Made by a program: the position numbers and the translations under genes
DNA from: Raja brachyura
Taxonomy: Eukaryota
NCBI GenBank assembly: GCA_963514005.1
Contig: OY740827.1
Span: forward strand, 3,286,001 to 3,350,000
Reading direction: 5' to 3'
Length of the DNA stretch: 64,000 bases
Shown here: one piece after another, positions 11,155 to 24,100 of the stretch
Numbering within the stretch: the stretch's first letter is position 1
How the letters are laid out: each line of letters begins with the position of its first letter
Notes under the pieces: model-generated
What the model was told of the DNA's origin: nothing
The model's database searches: none
Seen by the model: the letters and a program-made list of their open reading frames with translations, nothing else

Positions 11155-13318
11155 CTAGACTAAATGGGACCCGTTGGGTCCCAGCACCACACGGGAGGGC
11201 TGGTTACCCAATGCAATATTCCACCTCTCCACAAATTCCAATATTGCTGGCCAGTGGGGGGGGGGGGATTTCTGTTGTGCTAGTATGGGTGTTGTGGGCC
11301 GAAGGGACTGGTTTACAGAGGGATAGTATGGACATTGTGCTGAATGGATTATTGGGCTGACACTTCAGTCACTTACAGCTTGTGGGCTGGCAGTTCACTT
11401 ACTCACGGCTGGTGGTCTGGCAGTTCGGTCTCTGACAGCTGGTGGGCTGGCAGTTCACTTACTGAGCTGGTGGGCTGGCCGTGCAGTCACTCACGGCTGG
11501 TGGGCTGGCAGTGCAATCACTCACAGATGCATCTAGCCTGGCAGTATCGTTAGAAAAAAATTGCAAACCGTAAGTGGGTTTTGAATTACATTTTACTCAG
11601 ATGCAAGCCAAGGAGTGGCATAATTGTTAGCTGTTAATTGGACATAATCAACCTCAGCAAATTGACAATATCCTATTGAAAGGAAGTGGGTGTTTAAGGT
11701 GTCAGGACATTTTATTATTTGATTTTCCACACACCACTCGTAATTCTGGAGATTTTATTATTGATAAATTTAGCTTCAGAACCGTTTCCTTTTTGCATGT
11801 AAAAACCCACTTCAGAAGCATGGGCGATTAAAAAATTTTACAGCCAGACTTATCACTTCTGAAACTTTTTAGATACCAAAGGATTCAAGAAAAAACACAA
11901 ATAAAGCCTTACTGTTGATGAAATGCAGTGAGCAAAGGCGATAATTCCCAATATTTTCAATCTCGATATCCGCACGGCCAATGTTCGCCAAGCACTTTAG
12001 CTGTTGTTGTCCCTTCAGCTCTCGCTTCTCTTTACCTTAATTTCTCTTCACTTTCGGAATTCTGAAGTAGGATAGATGTCTCTGTGTATGAAGAAGGGTG
12101 TCGACCCAAAACGTCGCCTATCTCCTTCGTTCCTTAGATGCTGCTGCACCCGCTGAGTTTCTCCAGCCTTTTGTGTACACTTGATTTTCCAGCATCTGCA
12201 GTTCCTTCTTTAAAACTAGATGTCTCTCACGGTTATCCTGACTTCCACAATTATTTACAGCGCAAAAATTCACGATTTTGGCAGTTTTTAACAGGTAGGA
12301 AAGTACGCGTTTCGTGTATTAACAACATATGCCAGAAGCTGCAATGTCCTCCAGATGGCTTGAGCGGTTCCGTTCACACACACACACAGACTGAAACACG
12401 CACAGAAACACAGGCTCACACACACACTCACTCACACACAACCAATACTAAAATGCCAAGTAAATTCAGAATGTGGTGAACATACAGTGTGTAAACCAAA
12501 TGATTCAAACGTTTAAAGCCTCCTGTCGAGGCTGCTGCTGAAGCAAAAACGTTCTTTAAATAACGTCCAACAAACACACTCACCACAGCAGTAAGCTCTC
12601 TTGAATTATTCAACGACCTCTTCACTCTGTGCCTTCTGTAGTCAGCGCCATCTTGCCACGAACCGGAAATGACGCACTCATTGCCATCTTGCAGCTAACC
12701 AGAAATTACGTCATCGGCGCCATCTTGCCACTAAGCGGAAGTCACGGAATGAGCGCCAATTTTGCAATTAAACACAGTCCTGATCCAATAAAATGTTTAT
12801 TCACGCTTTATCCATCAAAAAGCTGTTGAAAGCCCTTTAAAAGCCAAGCCAATTGGGCAAACACTTTGCAAGCCCACAAAACGCATTTTATGAAAGCCCT
12901 TTAAAAGCCAAGCCAATTGGGCAAACACTTTGCAAGCCAACAAAACACATTTTCTGTAAACCACATCGAGGGGACTCACTGTGGAGTAGACGTGCGTTCA
13001 GTGTTATTCGCACCTCAGAGAGCCGTGACCCTCTCGCTTCCTCCGTCACGCAGAGACTGTGTGAGGCACAACACTTCCGGGTTTTATAGTCCCCCCCCCC
13101 CTTCCACCAGCGGGGGCAGCAGAGAGAATGGTAAAATCTTTTAAAACATTAATAACTCTCTAATTTTTCATCAATGAGAAAAATCCTCCAGTCCAATCCG
13201 GTGGAGGGGGACTCTGAGCGAGGTGGCCAAAAATGATGGCCGTAAGCAGCGGCCTTCTCTCGGAAATCACGAAACAGAAAGTCGAAAGTGGTCAATTTCT
13301 TGGTTTTAGTCATATAGA
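11155..13318 (-). mobile_element. Non-autonomous Helitron
   Basis: Minus strand reads A|TCTATATGACTAAAA ... hairpin TGGGACCC-AAC-GGGTCCCA, then TTTAGTCTAG|T. Both ends are homologous to 50290-51798. Confidence 0.85.
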
Positions 13319-13374
13319 TTCAGACGGGAATGTAATCGGAAGGCTTTAATTTAGTTTAGAGATACAGCGCAGAA

Positions 13375-13905
13375 ACATAGAAAATAGGTGCAGGAGTAGG
13401 CCATTTGGCCCTTCAAGCCAGCACCGCCATTCAGTATGATCACGGCTGATCATCCAAAATCAGTAACCCCGTTCCTGCTTTCTCCCCTTATCCTTTAATT
13501 CCGTTAGCCCAAAGAGGGAAATCTAACTCTTGAAAACATCCAGTGAATTGCCCTCCGCTGCCTTCTGTGGCAGAGAATTCCCAGATTCACAACTCTCTGG
13601 GTGAAAATGATTTTCCTCAGCTCAGTCCCAAATGGCGAACCCCTTTTCCTTAAACTGTGACCCCTGGTTCTGGACTCCCCCCAACATTGGGAACATTTTT
13701 CTTGCATCTAGCCTGTCCAATACCTTAAGGATTTTATATGTTTTATAAGATCCCCTCCCCTCCTTCTAAATTCCAGTGAATACAAGCCCAGATGATCCAT
13801 TCTTTCATCATATGTCAGACCCGCCATCCAGGGAATTAGCCTGGTGAACCTCCACTGCACTCTCTCAATAGCAAGAATGTCCTTCCTCAAATTAGGAGAC
13901 CAAAA
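13375..13905 (-). mobile_element. CR1-clade LINE 3' fragment
   Basis: RKDILAIERVQ, LGLYSLE, RTRGHSL motifs and a 3' UTR matching 62423+. Confidence 0.8.
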
Positions 13906-14089
13906 ATCAAATAAAAGAAATGTTTAAAACATAATTCTGAGACATGTGACTGTAATGGTTCAGCATTTTAATCTCTTTGTTTACAAATGCAACAAATCCA
14001 AATCCTCTGCAGAAAACATGTAATGATATAAAAATACTATCAGGATTAATCTTGCGCCTGCTCCAATATTCGGTGACCATGACTGATTA

Positions 14090-14390
14090 GGTTTAGTTTA
14101 GTGTAGTTTAGGGACACAGCGCGGAAACAGGACCTTCGGCCCACCGAGTCAGCGCCGACCAGTGATCCCCGCACACTACACACACCAGGGACAATTTACA
14201 TTTACAGAAGCCAATTAACCCACAAACATGTCCTTCTTTGGAGTGTGGGAGGAAGCCGAAGATCCCAGAGAAAACCCACGCGTGTCACGGGGAGAACCTA
14301 CAAACTCCGTGCAGACAGCATCCGTGGTCAGGATCGAACCCGGGTCTCTGGCCCTGTGAGGCAGCAAATCTACCGCTGCGCCACCGTGCT
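14090..14390 (-). mobile_element. tRNA-derived V-SINE (HE1-like)
   Basis: A box TGGCGCAGCGG, B box GGTTCGATCC, V-domain GGAGTTTG..GTTCTCCCCGTG, (CTAAA)n tail. Further copies at about 22800-23105, 38232, 40150-40535, 43900-44200, 49805-50135, 53200-53490 and 54121-54410. Confidence 0.8.
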
Positions 14391-14936
14391 GCCCTTTGAC
14401 AGATTTACAGCGTCTGCATTTCATTATTATTATTACTCACCAATGCCACACAGAGCTGCTTGCTATGAAATTTGTTATAGAACATGGCACTACAAGAGCA
14501 AGAGGGGGTTTCAGAGTTTCAGAATAGCATAAGCAAAAATCCCACAGGATTTTCAAAAAATAAAGGTCTTCATTTAATAGCTAGGAGTCTATTTTGTAAC
14601 TGTAGGTAAAGACTGTATGTTTAACAGACTATCATTTGACCAGTGTCAATAAAAGCAATTATTGTCAATGTCAATAGTTACCCACGGAACAGTCTGTGTC
14701 TAAAGACACAAAGGCTTTTTTAAAAAGATACAGCACGGAAACAGGCCCTTCGGCCCACCAAATCCACACCGACCATCGATCACCCGTTCACACACTATAT
14801 CTATGTTATCCCACTATATCATCTATAGAGGGTTAATTAATGTATGAAACCCAAACTAATTAAGGCTGTCCCCATCATCTCTCCCTCCGCACAACTCCCA
14901 CAGCACGGCGCTCCCTCCTCTGCCCCTCCCTCCCTG

Positions 14937-15128
14937 CTACCCCTTCCCCTGCTTGGATTGGAACCAGAGCTCAGCGTATTCCACCCCCTCGCCACTGTGC
15001 TCCGTGTCTTCGCTCCTCGGCAGCTCCCGCAGGCTTGCGTACACGACCGCTCGCTCTTCCTGCTCTCCCGATTCCCCTCCTCCTTTCAGCTCCTCTGGGG
15101 CCGGCCCGTCCTCACCACTCCCCGCATT
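14937..15128 (-). CDS. Siglec-like gene: terminal exon with tyrosine motifs
   Basis: cttccctttccttccag acceptor with a tactaaac branch-like site; encodes VVYASL and VEYAEL, then TAG. Confidence 0.85.
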   Translation of the reverse strand, partial: NAGSGEDGPAPEELKGGGESGEQEERAVVYASLRELPRSEDTEHSGEGVEYAELWFQSKQGKG

Positions 15129-18100
15129 CTGGAAGGAAAGGGAAGCAGACGGGCAGTTGTGGGTTTAGTACAGAGCAGTGCACGGTGTCGCCGGCATTGA
15201 ACTATCATCAACGACAAGGTTCACAACTCCTGAACTCCCATAGACCCAGATTCAGCGATATTGTTTATGTTCTCCTCTCACACACTCTCACTCACACACT
15301 CTCTCATTCACTCACTCGCTCTCATTCTCTCTCCCCCTCTCCTCTCTCAATCACGCACTCTCTCTCACACTCGCAGTTTCACATTCTCTCTCTCTCCCTT
15401 GCACTGTCTTCCTCTCTCTCAAACTTTCTTACACACTCACACCAACTCTCTCTCTCTCTCTCACCCTCCTACACTCTCACGTAGTTAGATAAATCAATAT
15501 TCATACCCCGGTTGCTGAACACTAATTCTGCTTCCCATTCCCACACTGACCTTTCTGTCCTCAGTCTCCTCCACTGTCAGAGTGGGGCTAAACGCAAATT
15601 GGAGGAACAGCATCTCATATTTCGCTTGGGCACCTTACAGTCCAGTGATATGAACATTGATTTCTCTCACTTGAGGTGGCCAGTATATATATTTTTTCTC
15701 TCTCTCTCTCTCTCTGTCCCACCCATGTCGCACTAGCTTCTCATTTTCACCCAACAAACCGCTAACAGTGGACTGTTTCCTTTATCATCGTTACTTTTAT
15801 TTGCATATCTTTCATTCATTGTTCTGTATCTCTCTACATCATCGTCTACATAGAGTCATAGAGTGATACCGTGTGGAAACAGGCCCTTCGGCCCAACTTG
15901 CCCACACTGGCCAACGTGCCCCATCTACACTAGTCCCACCTGCCTGTACTTGGTCCATATCCAGAATTAGTGTACCACTACCACACCTGGGTCAGTCGGA
16001 CCATATATCCCTGCTTTTAATTCCTGCATATGCCCCCCTCAGGAAAACCGCTCCTCCCATCACAAAGACCATCACAACTTGGCCTGATGGTGCATCTCAG
16101 CAGCTGCAGGACTGCTTCGACAGGACCAACTGGGATGTGTTTGAACACCGGGACCTGGAGTTGTTCACAGACAGTGTACTGTGTTACATTAAAAATTGCA
16201 CGGACACGGTCACAGTGGACAAACAAATCCGGGTCTACCCCAACCAGAAGCCCTGGATGACCCGGGAGGTCCAGCGGCTGTTAAAAGAGAGGAACACTGC
16301 TTTTAGATCTGGTGATAGGGCTTTATACAGCACGGCCCGAGCTAACCTGAAGAGAGGCATCAGAGAGGCCAAGTCAGACTACAGGAGGAAGATAGAGGAC
16401 CACCTGGACAGTAACAACAGCAGGCAGGTGTGGCAGGGGATCCAGTATCTCACCAATTATAAGACAAACCTTGGAGCTGCTGAGGGTGACGCCTCGTTGG
16501 CAGAGGAGCTGAACCTCTTCTTTGCTCGCTTTGAAGTGGAGCCACCCGAGACAGCCAGAACACACCATATGGTCCACAGTAGCCTAACCCTCACGATAGA
16601 GGAGCATGAGGTGAGGCGCACACTGCGGGCCATCAATCCAAGGAAGGCTACTGGACCCGACGGCGTCTCTGGACGCGTGCTGAAGGACTGCGCAGACCAG
16701 CTGGCTGGAGTCTTCACGAGGATATTTAACCAGTCTCTGGCCCAGTCCACTGTCCCACCCTGTCTGAAGTCCGCAACCATAGTCCCCTTGCCCACAAAAC
16801 CCCACATTTCCAGCCTCAACGACTACCGGCCAGTCGCACTCACACCAGTGGTGATGAAGTGCTTTGAAAAACTGGTCCGGGGTCATATCACATCACTCCT
16901 GCCCCGAAGCTTTGACCCCCACCAGTTTGCGTACAGAGCGAATAGATCTACAGAGGACGCTGTAGCCACAGCTCTCCATGCTGCACTGTCCCACCTAGAG
17001 CAGCGGGGAAGCTATGTGCGAATGCTCTTTGTGGACTACAGCTCTGCTTTTAATAGTATCCTTCCCCACAAACTGGGGGACTTGGGACTTCCACAATCCA
17101 CCTGCATGTGGATAAATAGCTTCCTGTCGGGCCGCAGCCAGAGAGTCAGAATGGGCCATCACACATCCACGGCCCTCAGCCTCAGTACTGGCTCTCCACA
17201 AGGCTGCATGCTGAGCCCCCTGCTCTACACCATCTACACACATGACTGTACCTCCGCCCATCACAGCAACACCATTGTCAAATTTGCAGATGACACTACG
17301 GTGGTGGGGCTCATCTCCGGGGGGGACGAGTACGCCTATCGGGATGAGGTGGAGCAGCTGACAGTGTGGTGTGGAGAAAATAACCTGCTCCTGAACACCT
17401 TAAAGACCAAGGAGATAATAATAGACTTCAGGAAGAACAAAACAGAACTGGTACCACTAATCATCAGAGGGGACTGTGTGGAGAGGGTGGCGGATTTCCG
17501 CTTCCTGGGAATCCATATCGAGGAGGACCTGACGTGGAGCGTGAACACCTCTGCGCTGCTGAAAAAGGTCCAGCAGAGACTGCACTTCCTGAGGGTGCTC
17601 AGGAAGAATAACATCACACAGAGACTGCTGCTGTCCTTTGAGAGCATCCTAACATACTATATATGCGTGTGGTACACCAGCTGCACAGCGGCTCAGAGGA
17701 AAGCGCTCCAGAGGGCCATTGACAACACCCAGAGGATTGTCGGCTGCCCTCTCCTTACCTTGGAAGACTTACACAGTTCCCGCTGCATCAAAAAATCCCA
17801 GAATATTATAAAGGACATTTCCCACCCCGGACACTCCCTGTTTGAACTGTTGCCGTCAGGCAGACGGTACAGATCTACAAGGACAAGGACAAACAGATTT
17901 AAAAACAGTTTTTACCCCACTGCTATAAAGGCACTAAATGTAGCCGCCAAGGAACGGGGGGGACTAAGGGATTGTGGTTGGTACACTGTGAAATCGACAG
18001 AAGGATGTAGGGTTGGGTGTATATGCGTGCCATTTTCATATTTCATATTTATTTTAGTTATTTATCTTTTTTAATATTTTACCTTGTATGTATCGTTAGC

Positions 18101-21100
18101 TTTTATGGTTTGAATGTTGCACTGACTGGTTGACATTTTTAAATTTTGTTGTACATGGTCCATGTTACAATGACAATAAAGAAACTATACTATCCCTCCT
18201 AACTTGTCCTGTCCATGTACCTTTCTAACCGTTTCTTAAATTTTGGGTTAGTCTCAGCGTCAACTACCTCCTCTGGAAGCTCATTCCATACACCCACCAC
18301 CCTTTGTGTGAAAATGTTACCCCTCACATTTTTTCTCCTTCACCTTGACCCTATTTCCTCCGGTCCTCGATTTCCCTACTTTGGACAAGAGACTCTGTGC
18401 ATCTACCCAATCTATTCCTCTCATGATTTTATACACCTCTATGATCACCCCTCATCCCCCTGTGCTCCAAGGAATAGAGACTCAGCCTGCTCAACCTCTC
18501 CCTGTAGCTCAGGCCCCTCGAGTCCTGGCAACATCCTCGTAAATCTTTTCTGAACCGTTTCAAGCTCTCGTTTCCCTTTCCCATGACTTTGAGTCTGAGG
18601 AACGGTCTCGACCCAAAACATCACCTGTTCCTTCTCTCCAGAGATATTGCCTGTCCCTCTGAGTTACTCCAGCTTTTTGTGCCCACTTTCGTATCATCTG
18701 TAGTTGAGATCCACTACCTGATTGGTGGCAGAGTGTGGGCAGGAGGTCACATTGGTGTTTTGGTTTCCTGAAGCCTTCTCCATTGTCCCATCTTCCCTCC
18801 TGGAGCAACAGGAGATCACACCAAATTTACAGCACATCTGCACATTAGCAAAGTCCAAGTACAAAGTTGCAGTTGTATTAGTTGTTGGTCATAAGCTCAT
18901 GAGGTCATTAATGATAGGAGCAGAATTAATTCATTCGCCCCATCAAGACTACTCCACCATTCAATCATGGGCGATGTAACTCTTCCTCCTTTCCCCATTC
19001 TCCTTCCTTTTTTCCCCATAACACATACTAATCAAGGACCTATCCATCTCTGACTTAAAAATATCCATTCACTTGGCCTCCACAGCCTTCTGTAGCAAAG
19101 AATTCCACAGATTAACCACCGTCTGACTGAAGAAATTCCTCTCATCTGCTTCCTAAAGGAATGTCCTTTAATTCTGAGGCAATGAGCCTCTAGTCCTAGA
19201 CTCTCCCACTAGTTGAAACATCCTCTCCACATCCACTCTATCCAAGCCTTTCCCTATTCGGTAGGTTTCAATGAGGTCTAAACTGGTGAGGCTGCATTTA
19301 GAGTATTGTGTTCATTTCTGGGCACCATGATATCGGGGAGATGTTGTCAAGCTCGAAAGGGTGCAGAGAAGATTTACATCGATGTTGCCAGGACTACAGG
19401 GAGAGATTGAGCAGGCTGGGTCCCTATTCCATGGAACGCAGGAGTATGAGCGGTGATCTAATAGAGGTGTTTAATATCATGAGAGGAGTAGATCGGGTAG
19501 ACGCATAGAGCATTTTGCCCAGAGTAGGGGAATCGAGGACCAGAGGTCAGAGATTTAAGGTGAGGGTCGGAGGCGGGGGGGGAAAGATTTAATTTGAACC
19601 TGAGGGTTAACATTTTCACATAAAGGGTGGTGGGTGTATGAAACGAGCTGCCGGAGGAGGTAGTTGAGTCATGGGCGTAATGTTTAAGAAACATTTAGAC
19701 AGGTACATGGATAGGACATGTTTAGAGGGATATGGATGAAACGCGGGCAGGTGGGACTAGTGTAGATGGGGCATGTTGGCCGATATGGGCAAGTTGGGCC
19801 GAAGGGCCTGTTTCCACACTGTGTGACTAGGACTCTTCAACTACAAACAGGGGCCATGCCGTTGATTTTTCAAATTTCATGTAACTCCTGCATTCCTTTC
19901 CCCCTCTCTCCCCCCCACCCCTCCCCCACCCTAGTCGTCCTCCTAGTTCCACTATATGCATCCATCTATCCCTGTCTTTAGCACACCTTCCCCAGCCAAC
20001 AATGGGCCATTGTGGGCTCCACCCTTCATAACTTCAAGGAACAGAATTACGCCATTACGCCCATCAAGTCTACTCCGCCATTCAATCATGGCTGATCTAT
20101 CTCTCCCTCCTAACCCCATTCTCCTGCCTTCTCCCCATAACCCTGACACCCGTACTGATCAAGAACCTATCTCACTCTGCCTCAAAAATATCAATTGACT
20201 TGATCTCCACATCCTTCTGTGGCAAAGAATTCCACAGATTTACCACCCTTTGACTGAAGAAATTCCTCCTCTTCTCCTTCTTAAAGGTATGTCCTTTAAT
20301 TCTGAGGCTGTGGCCTTTAGTCCTGGACTCTCTCACTAGTGGAAACATCCTCTCTACATCCACTCTATCCAGGCCAATCACTATTCATTAAATTTCAATT
20401 AGCTTCCACCTCATTCTTCCAAACTCCAGTGAGTACAGGCCCAGTGCCGTCAACGTCATCATATGTTAACACAATGATTCTCGTAAACCTCCTCTGGGCC
20501 CTCTCCAGAGCCAGCACTTCCTTCGTCAGATATGGGCCCCAAAACGGCTCACAATAGTCCAAAGGTCATCTGTTGCTGGCTCTGTTTTGTTCTGGCTTTC
20601 ACAACGTTTCAGTCTGAAGAAGGTCCCAACCTGAAATGTCACCTATTCCCTAACCTCCAGAAATGTTACCTGACCCGCTGAGTTATTCCAGCACTTTGTA
20701 CCTGTCCACATTCTCCAGAGATGCTGCCTGACCCTTTGAGTTACTCCAGCACTTTGTACCTGTCCACGTCCTCCAGAGATGCTGCCTGACCCGCTGAGTT
20801 ATTCCAGCACTTTGTACCTGTCCACGTCCTCCAGAGATGCTGCCTGACCCGCTGAGTTATTCCAGCACTTTGTACCTGTCCACATTCTCCAGAGATGCTG
20901 CCTGACCCGCTGAGTTACTCCAGCACTTTGAACTTATCCACGTTCTCCACAGAGATGCTGCCTGACCCAATGAGTTACTCCAGCACTTTGTGTCTATGAA
21001 CAGGAGTTAGCCTGGCAGAAGCAGTCATAAGAAGCAGATGACAAAGGGATTGATTTGGAAATAAAAATGTGGATTTATTTACACTTACTTTTGTATATAC

Positions 21101-24100
21101 TTGTAGATGAAGAATCCAGCTAGCACAGCGATCAGTATTATCCCTGCTGTAAGTAAAACTGCGATCCAAATATTGAAGCTCTTAACTGTAAGAACAACCA
21201 GAGGTGTGTTTTCAGTTTTTACAGTTTTGTTTATTGTCACGTGTACCGAGGTACAGTGAAAAGCTTTTGTTGCGTGCTATCCAGTCAGTGTAAAGGCAAT
21301 ACATCGGGTAGATGCAGAGTCCCTTGCCCAGAGTAGGGGAATCGAACACCACAGGATATAGATTTAAGGTGAGGGGGAAAAGTTTTAATAGGAATCTGAG
21401 GGGTAACTTTTTCACACAGCGGGTGGTGGGTGTATGGAATGTGCTGCCCGATGAGGTAGTTGAGGCAGGGACTATCCCAACATTTACGAAACAGATAGAC
21501 AGGTACATGGATAGGCCGGGTTTGGAGAGAAGGAACTGTCCTATCTGCTCCATCACCGCCCTTGGCAGCGAGTTGCAGATGCTCTCCATGGTCTGTTAAA
21601 CAGTTTACCAGGGAGTACATATGCCTTGTACAAGTACCATCAGTCTGAAGAAGGGTCTCGCCCCAAAACGGCACGCATTCCCTCTCTCCAGAGATGCTGC
21701 CTGACCCGCTGAGTTACTCCCGCATTTGGTGTCTATCTTCAGTAAACTGGGCTGATCCAAGACCGCTGAGGCCCTGTACAAGAAGGGACAGAGCCGGCTG
21801 TACTTTCCGAGAAGGCTCCGCTCCTTCAACATCTGCAGCAAGAAGCTGCATATGTTCTACCAATCGGTGTTGGCCAGTGCCATCTTCTTCGCCGCCGTGT
21901 GCTGGTGCAGCAGGGGGAGGCCGCAGATGTCAACGGGATGAACAAGTTCATCAGGAAGGCCAGCTCCATCCTGGGGACGGTGTTGGATTCACGGGAGTTG
22001 GTCTTGATGGGGAGGATGCTCCTGAAACTGTGCCCCCTCTGTGACTCACTGATCACCCTGAGGAGCACCTTCAGCAACAGACTGTTCCCACCAAGATGCA
22101 GCACAGAACGCCACAGGATATCCTTCTTCCCTGTGGCTATCAAACTGTACAACTCCTCCCCCTTCAGTCGCAGGGTAGACTGAGACTGACTCCCCTCCCC
22201 ACCACCCTCCTACGTAATCTTTGCACATCCCCCAAGTCTCTCCACTCGTAACTTTAATTTCATGTTTCATGTATTTTGTGTTTTATGACTGTTGGCAAAT
22301 CAATTTCCCTCCTGGGATAAATAAAGTTCTATTGTGTCATATTGTATTGTAAAACTGGCCCCACACATCTCCTTTACGATTTTCCCCTCTCACCTTAAAG
22401 CTCTGCCCTCTCAACCTTGACATTTGCACCATGGGAAAAAGATCCTGACCGTCTACCTTCTCTATGCATCTCATAGTTTTATATATTTCTATCAGGTCCC
22501 CCTCAGCCTTTGAACTGGGTTGTGAATCTGTGGAAATCATTGCCACAGACGGCAGTGGAGGCCAAGTCAGTGGATATATTTAAGGCAGAGATAGATAGAT
22601 TCTTGATTAGTACGGGTGTCATAGGTTATGGGAAGACAGGAGAATGGGGTTAGGAGGGAGAGATAGATCAGCCATGATGGCGGATGTGTGAATGGCGGAG
22701 TAGGCTTGATGGGCCGAATGGCTTAATTCTGCTCCTTTCACTTATGACCTTATGAACTTATCAACTCCACAGAAAACAATCCAAATCTTTCCAACCTCTT
22801 TAGTTTTGTTTAATTTAGAGATAAAACAAGGAAATATGCCCTTCGGCCCACAATGTCCGCGCCGACCAGCGATCCCCGCACACTTACACTATCCCACACA
22901 CACTAGGGACAATTTACAAAAATACCAAGTCAATTAACCTACAAACCTGTATGACTTGTGTGTGGCAGGAAACCGGAGCACCCGGAGAAAACCCACGTAG
23001 GTCATGAGGTTAACTTACAAACTCCCGACAGCCAAGCACCCGTAGTCAGGATTGAACCCAGCTCTCTGGTGCTGTGAGGCAGAACTCTACCGTTGAACCA
23101 CTGTGCCCCCCTTAAAACTCCTTATTGCTAATACTCTCTAATCCAGGCAGCATTCTGCACCCTGGCCACATCCTTCCTGTAATGTGGTGACCAGAACTGC
23201 ACACAATGCTTCAAATAATTTTAACTAATCTTCCTCATCTCAGAAGAGGAGAGAGGAAATATAGGAAAGATGTTGTCAAGCAGGAAAGGGGACAGAGAAG
23301 ATTTACGAGGATGTGGCTAGGACTCGAGGCCCTGAGCAATAGGAAGAGGTTGAGCAGGCTGGGTCTCTATTTCTTGGAGCGCAGGAGGATGAGGGGTGAT
23401 CTTATAGAAGTGTATAATATCAGGAGAGGAATAGATCAGGTAGATGCACCGAGTCCCTTGCCCAGAGTAGGTGAATCAAGGACTAGAAGACATAGGCTCA
23501 AGGTGATGGCGAAAAGAATTAGTAGGAATCTAGGGGGTGACTTTTTCATACAAAGGTTAGTTGGTGAATGGAATGAGCCGTCAGAGGAGGAAGTTGAGGC
23601 AGCGTTTAAGAAACAGACAGGTACATGGATAGGACAGGTTGGGAGGGATATGGGTCAAACATGGGCAGGTGGGTATCATGTAGCTGGGACATGTAGACCA
23701 TTGAAATCAAGTTGAGCCAAAGTGCCTGTTTCCACGCTGGATCACTCTCTGTGACTATTACTTTATGGCTCTATAACTCTGTGACTATGACTTGATGAGA
23801 ATGTGAGGGATAAGATGATTAAACCACCATCATTGTGAGGGGCCGAGTAGTTGTAACCGCCGACCTTGTGATGGGCCGAATAGTTCGAATCACCAACCTT
23901 GTGATTCGAACGAACTGTTACTGTCCTTCAGAGCTGTTGATAACATTGTAGAATAACAAGATGAGGTAAGGAATGTAGCTGACAACACAGAAGCTAGTCT
24001 TTAGGTCAAAGGCAATTGAGTAGGTTAGGGCAAAAGCGACTGAGCATGCTTAATGAAATAAATGAATATTAACTTTACACCCCTCATGACAAAGAACCTA

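Noticed and set aside
14340-14390. tRNA genes
   Set aside because: A/B boxes belong to SINE heads that run into V-domain and LINE-like tails; no full cloverleaf.
15873-15969. N-terminus of the 733-aa ORF (likewise 682-733 of the 421-aa ORF)
   Set aside because: Chance in-frame read-through from flanking repeats into 5'-truncated elements.
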